From assembly GCF_006345805.1 (NCBI RefSeq), contig NC_043003.1, forward strand, positions 67,208,001 through 67,272,000: DNA of 64,000 bases, given 5' to 3'. Position 1 is the stretch's first letter; each line of letters begins with the position of its first letter. The position numbers and the translations under genes were made by a program. The DNA comes from Octopus sinensis (Eukaryota). Below, piece after piece: positions 52,011 through 64,000 of the stretch. Below the pieces are notes generated by a model. It saw only the letters and a list, made by a program, of their open reading frames with translations, did no database searches and was not told the origin of the DNA.

Positions 52011-52820
52011 TTTTTTATTTATTTTTTATTTATTTATTTATCTAGCTTCAGCTCACTAGCTGTGGCCATGCTGGGGCAACGCCATGTGGTGTTGCAACAT
52101 GATTTTACTTCACGAATGCTTTTTAGCAATTGCTATTTGGTGCATGAGAGAGTTCGATGCAGCTGCCCTCATCTGCACCTCCTGTCGTGAAGTTGGTTCA
52201 TCTGGGATACCTGACAAAAAGAGATCCAGTTTCATTTTAAAGACATCTGCATCCACCCCGTGCAGGTCTCTTAGGTTCTTCGGGAGGATATTGAAGAGCT
52301 GTGGGCCTCGGAAGCCCAGGCTATCACAGTATCTTGTCCTACATCTTGATGGCAAATTTGGAGTCCTTGGCACTATGCAATGGCGCCCAGTTCTGGCATT
52401 TGTGTAACTCTCGATGCCAAAGTTTGGGACAAGTCCATCTAGGATCTTCCAGATGTATATTATAGCATATCATTCTCGCCTACGCTCTAAGGAATAGAGT
52501 CTCAATCTCTTGAGTCTTTCCCAATAGCTTATATGCTGCACAGAGGCTATCTTCTTCGTGTAGCTTCGTTGGATCGCCTCAAGTTCTGTGATTAACTTGA
52601 CACTGGATGGTGACCATAGCTGAGAGCAATAGTCAAATTGGCTTAGGACAAGTGTCCTCCAGAGGACCATCATGGTTTCCTGGTCTCTTGTTCTTAAGGT
52701 TCTAAGAATCCATCCGGTCAGCCGCCTACATTTCATTGCCAATTTAGCAACATGTACATGAAATGTTGCATCATCACTCATGTAAATACCCAGGTCTCGC
52801 ACTGATTGTGCCTCTGGGAT
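52011..52820 (-). mobile_element. 5'-truncated CR1/L2-group LINE (family L-A) with (AAAT)n tail
   Basis: ORFs 52470-52802 and 52110-52373 are close homologues of 5547-6718; flanked by (TA)n. Confidence 0.92.
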
Positions 52821-52861
52821 ATATATATATATATATTCTTTTTCTTTTATTATATATATAT

Positions 52862-53176
52862 ATTAATAAATTTTAGGGTAGCAAAAAAATTCTAGAAAAA
52901 TTCTCCGCTACCAGTGGTTTAGCGAGAAGGAAAAAATAGTCAATAGACTATATAATATACATTTAAACACATAACAGATGGCCATAATAGGACATCTGAT
53001 TCACTAGAAAGATCAGTTAAATTCCAAACCACTAATAGTTGTAATTCTGAAATGGAAAAAGAAATAAAAACGTTTCTCTTTCCATTTCAGAATTACAACT
53101 ATTAATGGTTTGGAGTTTAACTGCTCTTTCTAGTGAGTCAGATGTCCTATTATGACCATCTCTTATGTGTTTAAAT
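52862..53176. mobile_element. (TA)n-embedded fold-back element related to 6823-7827
   Basis: Inverted arms 52961-53064 / 53073-53176 with an 8-nt loop; shares accagtgg and atggcc...cactagaaa motifs with the 535-bp element. Confidence 0.7.
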
Positions 53177-53686
53177 ATATATATATATATATATATATAT
53201 TGTTCTACATATATTTAGAAATAAGATATACATATTTCTATAATGATATAACAGTGTAAAAGTTCCGTACTTAAGATATACGCAGATTTATACATTATTT
53301 CAAAAATATTATTTCAGTACAAGACCACTTTAGCAGGATGCATATGTAGTAATTCTAACGTATATGAATATCATGAGCTTTTTGTGTATATAGCTACATA
53401 GACTCGCAAACAGATAAACATACACATATATATGCAATCGTAATTACGTATATGTAGGTGTGTTTAGAACTAAGTGCTTCAAAAAATGCTTGAACATGTG
53501 TCCACTTGTGTTGTGGTAAAACATAATAATCCTTGTCCATTCGTTTTGCTTCACATACTTGTACATAATATTTCTTCTTATGTGATTTTTAAAACAGAAA
53601 TTCCATTCCGAAAGAGCTTCTCTGTAATATAAATAAATACATAAATTTTTGTGTGTGGGTGGAGCGCTTGTGTAAATGGATATAAA

Positions 53687-53931
53687 GTTGAAGTTTATAG
53701 AGAAACAAAAGACGAAGACAGGTGTATGAACAACAAGCAAGTGTATTATTTTGACGCTTGGGAAAATGAAAAAAGTATTTTACGTTTCAAACCTACGCTC
53801 TTCAGGAGGAAGGAATAAGAGAAAATAAACAGAGAAAAGGAAAAATAAACTTTTAGATTTCAGCATTCTAGCATGGCGAATGAACCGCTGAAATCTAGAA
53901 GTTATTTTCATTCTCTCTCTCTCTCTGTTTA
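53687..53931 (-). mobile_element. Paralogue of the 19000-19168 hammerhead-like element, with a terminal inverted segment
   Basis: Minus strand CTGAAGAgcgtaggtttGAAAcgTA at about 53781-53805; inverted repeat 53842-53864 / 53887-53908. Confidence 0.6.
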
Positions 53932-54099
53932 ACATTATCCGCAGCGTATTATTGTTCTTATTTTATGTACCGTGTGAAGATTAATGTGAAATTACTGCAG
54001 TCCGATGAAGTCTTACCTGGCTGAATCTTCGAAGTCACTGCCAATAATATTTTTGCCTCAATAAATATGTGTGTGTGTGTGTGTTGTTTGTTTGTGTAC

Positions 54100-54177
<78 letters not shown>

Positions 54178-54947
54178 TGATACAATATTTACACAAACAA
54201 ATGTGTGTGTGCGTGTTTGTGTATCTATGTATACAGTTAGTAGTTTGCACGTATTATAACTAATCTAATGTGAGGTAATCCTTCTATAATACATTTTGCA
54301 TTATCGACATGAAGCTATCGGCGCTCCTTTCCATATTATTTGATTTGTCACCCACACAAGTAAAATAATTGTAAATTGTGGCTTGAAAGTAATAACAACG
54401 GCGTTCTTCACACTCACACACACGCGCATTCACAAACACCTGCATTCACACATGCGCGCTTATAAATGTGTGCGTGTGTGTCTGTATGCATATATGTTGT
54501 CATAACTTCCTTATGTTCTTGCAACTTCCGATAGTTTTGGGCCATTATCGATACAAAAAGAAAAAATTAAATTCATTTACAAAACAGAATATTAACAAAT
54601 TTTTATATACTCTTCCTGTTTTGTTCTACAAATTAGATTTGTGTAATTTTCTTTCTAATATATTACGAGATAAATGGGTTATTTGCCGCATATTAAACGA
54701 GAGGAATTGGTTCATATATACAGAAAAAAAGGTAAGTTGCGTAAGATTGTCTTTAGATATGTTTAAAGGAAGGTGCGAGAAAAAATTGATTTTCAGGAAG
54801 GTGATCATAATTATAGAATGTTACCCAAACGAACGATAATCAAATACAACACCCACTCTCAGAAGGATGCGTACGCGTTTGTGTGTGGGAGGATTTGTTT
54901 GTGCGCATGCGTGTGCGTTGTTGTGTGTAGGAATTCTTTTATTATTT

Positions 54948-55060
54948 TACCTCTTTTAGTCATTTTACTGCAGCCATGCTGGAGCACCGCCTTTTGTCGA
55001 ACAAATCGACACCAGGACTTATTCTTTGTAAAGCTACTACTTATTCTATCGGTAGCATTT
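54948..55060 (-). mobile_element. SINE type A tail fragment
   Basis: agtcattttactgcagccatgctggagcaccgcc...ggacttattctttgtaa. Confidence 0.78.
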
Positions 55061-55249
55061 GTGAAGTGATGGTGGGGGGAGTAACACATAAAAATAAGTA
55101 CATACATATATATGTGTATATATCTATAAGCACATATATATATATACATACATACATGTATATATAGATACATAATACTCTATTGAATTAAGTACTCAAG
55201 CATTAAGTCAGACAAGTATTATCCGCATAACTTCAAGGTGAATAAAATC

Positions 55250-55282
<33 letters not shown>

Positions 55283-55457
55283 GCCTGGAAGTTGTTCCTC
55301 TTCGATTACTATTGCAAACAGCAGTAGCTTTTTTCAACCGAATACACGTCGTTGATTGATTGGTATTACCAAAATACGACAATTTTAACACGAAATAACT
55401 TCTAAAATATCAAATTTTGCCTAAAACGTTCAGAGTAAACCGTGGGAGGATTTCTAC

Positions 55458-55487
55458 AGATAGATAAATATAGATAGATAGATAAAT

Positions 55488-55573
<86 letters not shown>

Positions 55574-55574
55574 G

Positions 55575-55661
<87 letters not shown>

Positions 55662-55665
55662 TGAT
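55458..55665. repeat. (GATA)n microsatellite
   Basis: Directly visible. Confidence 0.95.
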
Positions 55666-56389
55666 AGACAGATATCCGTTATGCATAACGACATTGATAA
55701 CTTGCTGCTAGATCTCAGTATACATGTGCATCGATATATGAAGTTTGCCGAGGACATAGCGTGTTACGAAATAAAATAAATGAAAGAGGAACAAGCAATA
55801 ATGAAATGAACATCATTAGTGAACAGTTCTTTCTGCTATAACATGCACCATTAGAGCTGAGTACTTGTGAACAAACGCTTAGCTCTGAGTGCACCCACCG
55901 TGTATGCTTTCCATGTAAAATGCAAGAAGTGCAAGCTCTCCTCACGAGCCGATTTGCATTGGCTTCATTGCCCCTCCCCCATCCATTATCATAGAATATT
56001 CTTTTGCTATATCTTCAGAGGTGAAAAAATATACCTGTTGATGTTTTATATGTGTTTATGAATTCATTATAGCAGACTGAAGATATTATTCTCAGGTCAT
56101 ATAAATTTAATATTTACTTAATATTTACTGAGCATTAATTGAAACAGCTGTAAGGGATGATTCATTTGATTTTAATAACAAATAATTATTAACTTCCCAA
56201 TCTCTATTTTCTTTTTCTTCTGTTATATGAATATAACCTATGCTTATATATATATATATACTTAATAGTTTAAGGAAATTAATTCCCCCCAAGTACTAAG
56301 TATTGAACCAGTATTTCCTTGAATATTGATATAGCAAACGCAAGCATACAAACAGATGTTTCATGAGGTAAAAATAGTCCCTAATAGAA

Positions 56390-56435
<46 letters not shown>

Positions 56436-57765
56436 GTGTGTATGTATGTATATATGTCTATGATTGTGTATGTATATATCTGTACATATAGAGAATATAT
56501 AACATAACATAGTATAACACATTATATTATATTATAAGGAGAGACAAAGAAAGTGAAACGAGACGGAGAAACTACTATTAATATCAGTTGAACGGATGAA
56601 TCCGTATTCATCATCCACCTTTGAATATTTCTTCCAACGTTTAAGAGAAATGTTGTACATTTCTGATTTCAAATCACTGCAGTTGAATAATCGCTCTTGA
56701 ACAGATAGTTATTACTTTTGTCTTAGAAGGCACACTGACTAAGTGATTGAAAGAATGGCTGGATTTCTTCTTAACACTGCTGGACTCACATTAATTCTGT
56801 ATCTGCAAAGTTCATTTTTTTCCCTCTTGTTACATGGCACACCGATTTACAACATTCAATTACATATTCTGTTTTACTTTTTAGAACGGCGTATAACTAC
56901 AGTTTGTTAATATATATTTGGTTATAGAATGCATACCTCCAAGCATATTATTGTAACTAGATCCATCAATGTCATGAAGACAATAGTCATTTTATTGACG
57001 TTAATTTTCCTTTTTTGCTTTTTGTTAACATATCCTATTACAGAAACATTAATTCCGTAGAGGATCGTATTAGTCTGTGGAAAAAAAAAAAGCATTCCTT
57101 TTTTTTTTCTTCTGGAACATAATGAATATTTAATTGATTCAGAAGCAAGATATAGCTTTCCAACTGAAATAAACCAGTCGGTCAGAAACTAGAAACGGTC
57201 AGTAAACTAGAAAGTACGATTGATTGTATATCAATCACGGAGGTATATTTGCTTTGCGAAATACACAAATATAGTGTTTTTGTTGCCATGTTTTCTTTTC
57301 TTTCCTCTACAAAGGATCAAATCAAGAAAACGCGCGTGGTTAATAGATTTTGAGCCTAACAGGAAATTAAATTTTTATAAATTGTCAAGGATATTGCTGT
57401 TTTCTAACTCTGTATTGAAAAGGAATTACTTATAAGCTTATTTAAGCATTAATGCATACACTAGAGATATCACTAAAATCCATCTATCTATCTACCCACC
57501 TACCTATATATGGAAACATGTATACACACACAAGCATGCACACGCGCACCCTCCTACACACACATACAAGCACGCACCTGTATAAATGTACATACATATA
57601 TATATGTGTGTGTGTGAGAGAGAGAGCGAGACAGCCACTCAGAAAGGGTGAGTGAAAGAATTCGTGAGGGAGAGATGTTGATATAGCAAGCACAAGCATA
57701 CAAACAGATGGTCATATATATGTGTGTATATACATATGTGGCATATATATATATATATATATATA

Positions 57766-57860
57766 TGCCACATATTGGAGAAGGGTCTCTGTAATAACAG
57801 TGTAGCAAAACGGCGGTGCATCAGCATGGCCGCATCTCTGAGCTGAAACTACAGCAAAAA
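57766..57860 (+). mobile_element. ~95-bp 3' tip of LINE family L-A inside (TA)n
   Basis: Matches 6692-6790: tgccacatatt...aaaacggcggtgcatcagcatggccgca.ctc..agctgaaac. Confidence 0.82.
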
Positions 57861-58255
57861 ATATATATGTATGTATGTTTTGTATATCAACTTCTTTCTC
57901 TTAGTATCCTATTCTTTGAATCTATACAGAGAGAGAGAGAGAGAGAGGTGGGGAGACAGTGAGTAGAACAATATATATATATATGCATTTATTTATATCG
58001 AGTCAGCAAGCATTGTTCATGTCTATAGCTTACGTGTCTATTGTGAGAAAGATCGATAACTTACTATCTTATATTATTTTCTCTGTAAATGCCAAAACTG
58101 TCGACTAATATGTACGGGGATATTGTCAGTTGGTTCTGGTAGAAAACAATTTGCGAGAATATGGAATATGTTACTATGTAAATCTATAGTGAAAATCATT
58201 GGTGCTGTTCATATAGTCGCTTCACAAGCACTACATATCCTAGAGTCAATTTTAA

Positions 58256-58295
<40 letters not shown>

Positions 58296-58355
58296 GGAAC
58301 ACACACACGGACACACACACACACACGTATATATATATATATATATATAATATAT

Positions 58356-58389
<34 letters not shown>

Positions 58390-58973
58390 ATATATAATAT
58401 AATTAATTATTTATTATATATACCGCACATGTACACATGCTTATTGGGTATGAAGGACTAGTGTATGTTGTGTTCCAGTGTCTGTAATTATTTCAGGATC
58501 TCAACTCTGAACATTATCAAATATTAAGACGCATTCATTGTCATAGAAAATTCAGTGTCAGGCTCATCTTTCTGATTTTTACCCTATAGAAGCCTCCTGT
58601 ATATGTTATTGTCAGTAGGAATTTTCCAGTACTTGAATCTCACTATACTTGATATGTAGTATCACATAAAATTATAAGGAAATCAACATAATTATACAAA
58701 GGTAAGACGGCATGAAATATGTTTGAAAGATATTTGAACCAGTAAAAACATTTCAGAGTAGTTTCATAAGACGTTAAAACCTCCTATTCATCTCAGGGTG
58801 CACACCAGCGGATTGAAAAATGCATTTCAAACTCGTGACTTCAGCAGCAGATACCAAGATAGGCAACTTTGAGCTGGCAACCACATTTTGCTTCCTTTGT
58901 CGAAAATCAGTTAATATATTTTTCGATATTTATTGTATTTACTATAATTCTATATACGTTAATATATATATAT

Positions 58974-59012
<39 letters not shown>

Positions 59013-60604
59013 ATTCTATTTATTCATATTTCCTGTATTTACTACACTTATTTATGATGTTTACGTTAAACATACTCTGTTGTTTGTATTCTGATAATTA
59101 ATATCGAAGTAACTTATAAAGCACTTGAGTCTCTCCTCGTTTCTCGTTCTGCCTCATGAAACAAAATATGACAGTTTTAAAACACAAGAAAAGTCAATAC
59201 AAATCATTAATTATTGATGCATCTTGTGTGCTTTATATTTACTTGAAATGTCTTATTAGATTATATGGTTTCGTTATTAGAAGTGAAAACGGAAGAAACC
59301 AAATTTTCTTGATGCTGTCATTAGTGTTGTTTACCTCCATATCATCTCCGATCGAGTTGTTTCATGGGAAGAAACTTTCCAGTCAGGACATAACAGACTG
59401 CATTGATATGGCTAAGCTCGCTTTCAATAGGTACTACCCTTGATTTGAACGGGATATGGTTTCATTTGAGGGAGATTTTAGCTACCATATCTAGTCGGTT
59501 GAATTAACCTGTACGGCTTCCACGCTGGTTGTAAACGCTTGATTTCAGTCTAGTGACCAAGTGACAATATTAGTGCATCGTGAGATCTCGTTTGCTCTTG
59601 GCTTTTTCCTAATTTAAACAAATCCGTTTTTTAACGCCTACACATTTATAGTTACGAAAAATGAGACCACGTATCCTCATTGCTTTTCTCTGCAGTAGAA
59701 ACATAGTAATTTCATTTCATTTATCTAATAACTTTATACTTATGTCTTTATTTAGGTAGCCATTATCACAATGTCAAGAGACGAAAATAGTCAAATTTAG
59801 CTAACAACAATATAATTACATTTCGTTCTTATTCTCTTTGAGGAAGAGGGTATTCAAATATATAGTGATAATGAACCAAAGTTTTAATGTACAATAAGCA
59901 TAAGACTAGTTATTCCGTTACATTTAACCCTGCTTTTGCTTGCATCTGCTAACACATTACCTGTGACAAATACATCTTGAATTACAGTAGAAGCACACTA
60001 CAATGTTTATATTCTAGATTGGGAATATTTTTTAAACTGTTGTTGTTTCTTAGTTAACCCGCGCGTGAGACCGGATCAAACAGTTCTATGATACATGGAA
60101 TAATTTCCAGGCCATGAGCATAAATATCTATTTTTCGAGTAAATCTTTGTTCCAAGTTGTAATATTAGGAAGATGTGACTAATATTTGGCGAAGCTCAAC
60201 TGTAAACGTCCAGGCTCTCAAATTTTTTCCCGAGTAAGAAAGTATCTACACAATTGAAAGTGTTTATTAATTTTTTACTGTTATATGTTGAGTTAATGTC
60301 AAATTTATTAATTTTACTGAGAACAAAATTGATTTGTATCGGAACATGTTTTCATTATATCTTTTACCATAGAAAACCAACTGTAATCTCGATACTGAAA
60401 TTTTACAGAAATTTTAAGGAATTTACATGGATTCCTATTGATTTTAACTTACTCCTAAGTCCACATTATGAAGATGTGTTCACAAATATTTCCACATATA
60501 TCACGTACATTCACAAACACATGAAAACATACACGATGAAAAATACATTCTCAGACAAACACACAAATAAACAAATACATAGACAGACAGCAGACAGACT
60601 GATC

Positions 60605-60610
60605 GATAGG

Positions 60611-60695
<85 letters not shown>
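60605..60695. repeat. (GATA)n microsatellite
   Basis: Directly visible. Confidence 0.95.
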
Positions 60696-61371
60696 TTATA
60701 GATATTCGAAACATTTACTAGAGGAAATAATTCTGACAATAGTCTTGATGAATATCTATAAGGCAAAACGTAAATTTCCAGTCAACAAAAATTTTTTAAT
60801 AAATTCTTGATACCATTGCCAAGTGATTCCATCCATATAATATATTTTATTTTTTCTTCTCAAAACGAGATATACTTCAAAAGTTTATATTACATCAAAC
60901 ATTGTTACATTTATTTTATGAAATAGCTTCAAGGTTTCAAACCTAAATAAAGAAGGTTAATGAAACATTCCCTCAGAATTTCATAATTTTATGATGAGTG
61001 TATAACGGTATTAAAGAAATGAAGTATTTAGACGTCTAGACAAAGTGCCTTTGGATGGAATTTTCAACTTGTAATGTATCTCCCCAATACAGACATCCAA
61101 GTTCAAACTAGTGAAATTCTGCATGGTTTGGATGGAAGCGAAAAAAGTAGTGAGGACATGGCGAGTGAGTGATTTAACAGCACCGGGTGCAAAATATAGT
61201 TTGTTTATAGATTGGAACACGGCAAATGAAACATCAACGTGTGAACTGCATCAAAATCAAAGAACAGTTTTCTTGTTACACTGGCCCCTATGTTTTACAA
61301 TTTATTTGAAACACACACACACACACGCGCGCGCGCAAACACTCACACATACATACATAGACTACTCAAAT

Positions 61372-61864
61372 AACTTAGATACGTTTCGACCAAAGATTGG
61401 TCCAGGCCATGTCTAACATGAAAGCACCACCTGACAGGATCAGCTAAATTCCCTTTAAGTCAAGTTTTTTATCATGGTCCCTTCGAGTATAGAGTTCTTG
61501 TTGAGTGAGTTGTATGCAGCTTTAGGGGGTTTATCTGATATTCCTTCAAGAAATTTGTCTAGATTCCGTTTAAAGATGGTAGGATCCTTTTCCTCTTTGA
61601 TTTGTTTTGGGATAAGTTTTAATATGGTAAGGCCTGTTGAAGAAAAGAAATTGTATTGCAGTGTATTTATGTGTTGTGATCCTGAATTAGGCAGAAGAGA
61701 CGATAGGTACGTGGTACTAGCCTTGGGTGAATTTTGAAGCTAATGTTGAACTCGTTCTGGCAATGCTGGTGGTATATACTCCACATTGTACAAAGGATGT
61801 ATCGCTCACGGTGGCGCTGGAGAGAATAGCGTTTCAATGTTTTAAAGCAGGTGCCAATAATCGA
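61372..61864 (-). mobile_element. 3' fragment of LINE family L-B
   Basis: Colinear with 41748-42236 (YSLQRHRERYI.CTMW...ISFKIHPRL; same 3'UTR). Confidence 0.88.
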
Positions 61865-62112
61865 AATCATTCATTAAAGAACTCATATACGTTAAAAACA
61901 CGAATTTTTTTATCTGCCTATTGGTTCACGAAAACTGATTTGCAAGAGAAAACTCACAATATAATCAGACACCATGAACTGCATTTTGAAAAGTGATGAT
62001 GTAAATATTCAATGTTGTAAAACAAAGAATTGTCAGAGTAAAACATTAGAGTTAACGACTGTCAAACTTGATGCATAAGAAAATCGGGCATTTCAGTCAT
62101 AATGACCTGATA

Positions 62113-62195
<83 letters not shown>

Positions 62196-62196
62196 G

Positions 62197-62390
62197 TATA
62201 CCAGTCCGTCGGACGTCCATTTGACACCGCTGGTCACAGCACACTGTCCACTCCTCTCTGGATCGCGCCTTTTCCATCCACGTGATCCCAATCGCCCTCC
62301 TGAAATCGTAACTCCACCGTCGTTGACGCCTTCCAAGTGGTCGTTTCCGCTCGCGCGGATACCACTCGACAACCACCTGGGTCAACCGAT
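62197..62390 (-). mobile_element. 3' end of an RTE-clade LINE
   Basis: VVEWYPRERKRPLGRRQRRWSYD...ITWMEKARSREEW is the typical RTE C-terminal W.PR..KR..GR...RW.D...W...A..R..W; lies between microsatellites. Confidence 0.78.
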
Positions 62391-62405
62391 TATATATATA
62401 TATAT

Positions 62406-62437
<32 letters not shown>

Positions 62438-62989
62438 ATATATATGAGAGAAGGTTTGAAAATGCAATTTTAAAGACGTTTATTCACTTGACCAGTTTCT
62501 CTTTTTTAGAAGAAGATTGTCAAAATAAAATGTAAAGCTTTGTATGAGCTTTGTTGTGTTAATTACTGGTTATCACAAAATTATTAAAATACAGATATAC
62601 ATTCTTTGATAATAATAAGAAAATGTTAAAAACACTTTACAAGGAAGTATTTGAGAAAGTATTCAGAACGGGGCTCCAAAAAGCATTTTGAGTTCAATAA
62701 AAATCATGCTTGTTTGGTAGTATATATATATATACCCAAAGGAGATATATTTAAGAATTTACAAAAACTTGTAGTGGAATACCTGACCTGTTTTCTGGCA
62801 TTTTGTTTTATGTGTAGCTAAGGAATGCTTGCTATGTTAAGGGACAGTGTTGGAGGTCGGTTGGGGCGGGAGTAAGAGCAATGTGGAGTCAAGAGGATTT
62901 TTTTGTTTCTGGGCTAGTCTGTCATGGTTCAGTGGTTTTCGGGACTGGTCAGAATGGTGTGAGTGTGCGTGTCTCTCTGTGCACGTATT

Positions 62990-63200
62990 ACTCCAAGATA
63001 TTCTTGTAGCCATTATCACGTAGAATGGAAAATATGAATATAGAAGCGAAAAAATATTATGTGACTTTGACGAACAAAAAGTGTACGAAAAGTGTAATAC
63101 AATTCCTAAGAATGAGACAACAATTGATCCGAAAGTGACAGAATTGGATTCCATGTCTTGTTTTTTTGTGGGGCGGTGTATAGCTGTATAGGTTATAGCG
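62990..63200 (-). mobile_element. Possible highly decayed Penelope-like RT C-terminal remnant
   Basis: Weak IHRPTKK...NGYK spacing reminiscent of the PLE YRKPT...NGY region; no intact frame. Confidence 0.25.
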
Positions 63201-63632
63201 TGTTCCAAGAATTAAACAGTTTCAGAAAAATAGAAGCAATTTTAGTTTATGGTTCAATAAAAAGATAAATATTGCTTGATCAGCAAAATATTATTCCACG
63301 TTGCCGAAATTTTTCTCTAACGCTTGCCAGTGGTGTTTTGCAAACGGTTAATATTAGGGAGGTACAATCGATTTGGTTAGAACTTCAATGTTATTTTTGT
63401 CAATAGAGAATTGTTTGACTTTATGCCAGTATATTAATAGTTCTTATACTTTTGACCCTGAGCAGAAAGTAAATTAAAGTTGGCTTCGTTGGAATTTAAA
63501 CACGCGAAAAAGAAGAAATAAAACACAGAGGAGAAAACTCCGTAAAGCATTTAATTAAATCCGGATCTTCGTAATAGCTTTTCAATGGCGTTTTCTCTCA
63601 TTTTGCTTTCTTGCTCATACTCTTTGTCTCTC

Positions 63633-63745
<113 letters not shown>

Positions 63746-63882
63746 TATGTGGTGTGTGTGTGTTAGTGTGTGTATATGTATATATATATATACATATACA
63801 TATACGTATGTGTGTGTATATATATACATATACACGTATGTGTGTATATATATAATATATGTATGTGTGTATATATATATAA

Positions 63883-63932
<50 letters not shown>

Positions 63933-64000
63933 AAGAAAGAGCTACACGCATACAAAAACACGAACGCACACACATATATATATATATATTTATATATGAG

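Noticed and set aside
60050-60080. ctag-like end plus GC hairpin as a minus-strand Helitron 3' end
   Set aside because: Hairpin imperfect and no matching 5' end found.
61111-61416. 101-aa ORF
   Set aside because: Runs through (CA)n into a LINE 3'UTR; no recognisable domain.

Overview
AT-rich, extremely microsatellite- and repeat-dense eukaryotic non-coding DNA. The tRNA-derived SINE families and the density of (TA)n/(CA)n/(TAA)n/(GATA)n tracts look like an Octopus (coleoid cephalopod) genome; this is recognition from memory, not a database result. I find no convincing host protein-coding gene, and almost all ORFs in the track are microsatellite read-throughs. The recognisable coding remnants are all mobile elements: 5'-truncated CR1/L2-group LINEs of two families, R4/Dong-type restriction-like-endonuclease retrotransposons next to (TAA)n, an RTE 3' end, two Tc1/mariner fossils and a Penelope-like element (PLE). 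Non-autonomous elements include four SINE types, a complete Helitron and MITEs. The most interesting signals are: (1) non-coding, (TA)n-embedded, hammerhead-ribozyme-bearing PLE/retrozyme-like elements with tandem and fold-back structure, best seen at 6823-7827; (2) a PLE that seems to carry two divergent GIY-YIG endonuclease modules in tandem; (3) apparent (TA)n targeting by LINEs, including a 54-bp target-site duplication; (4) a 3' motif plus covarying stem-loop shared by a SINE and two LINE families; (5) inverted copies of flanking DNA inside (TA)n tracts; (6) a CpG-rich 25-bp minisatellite with a 75-bp higher-order period, bracketed by inverted repeats. Most boundaries are approximate to within tens of bases.
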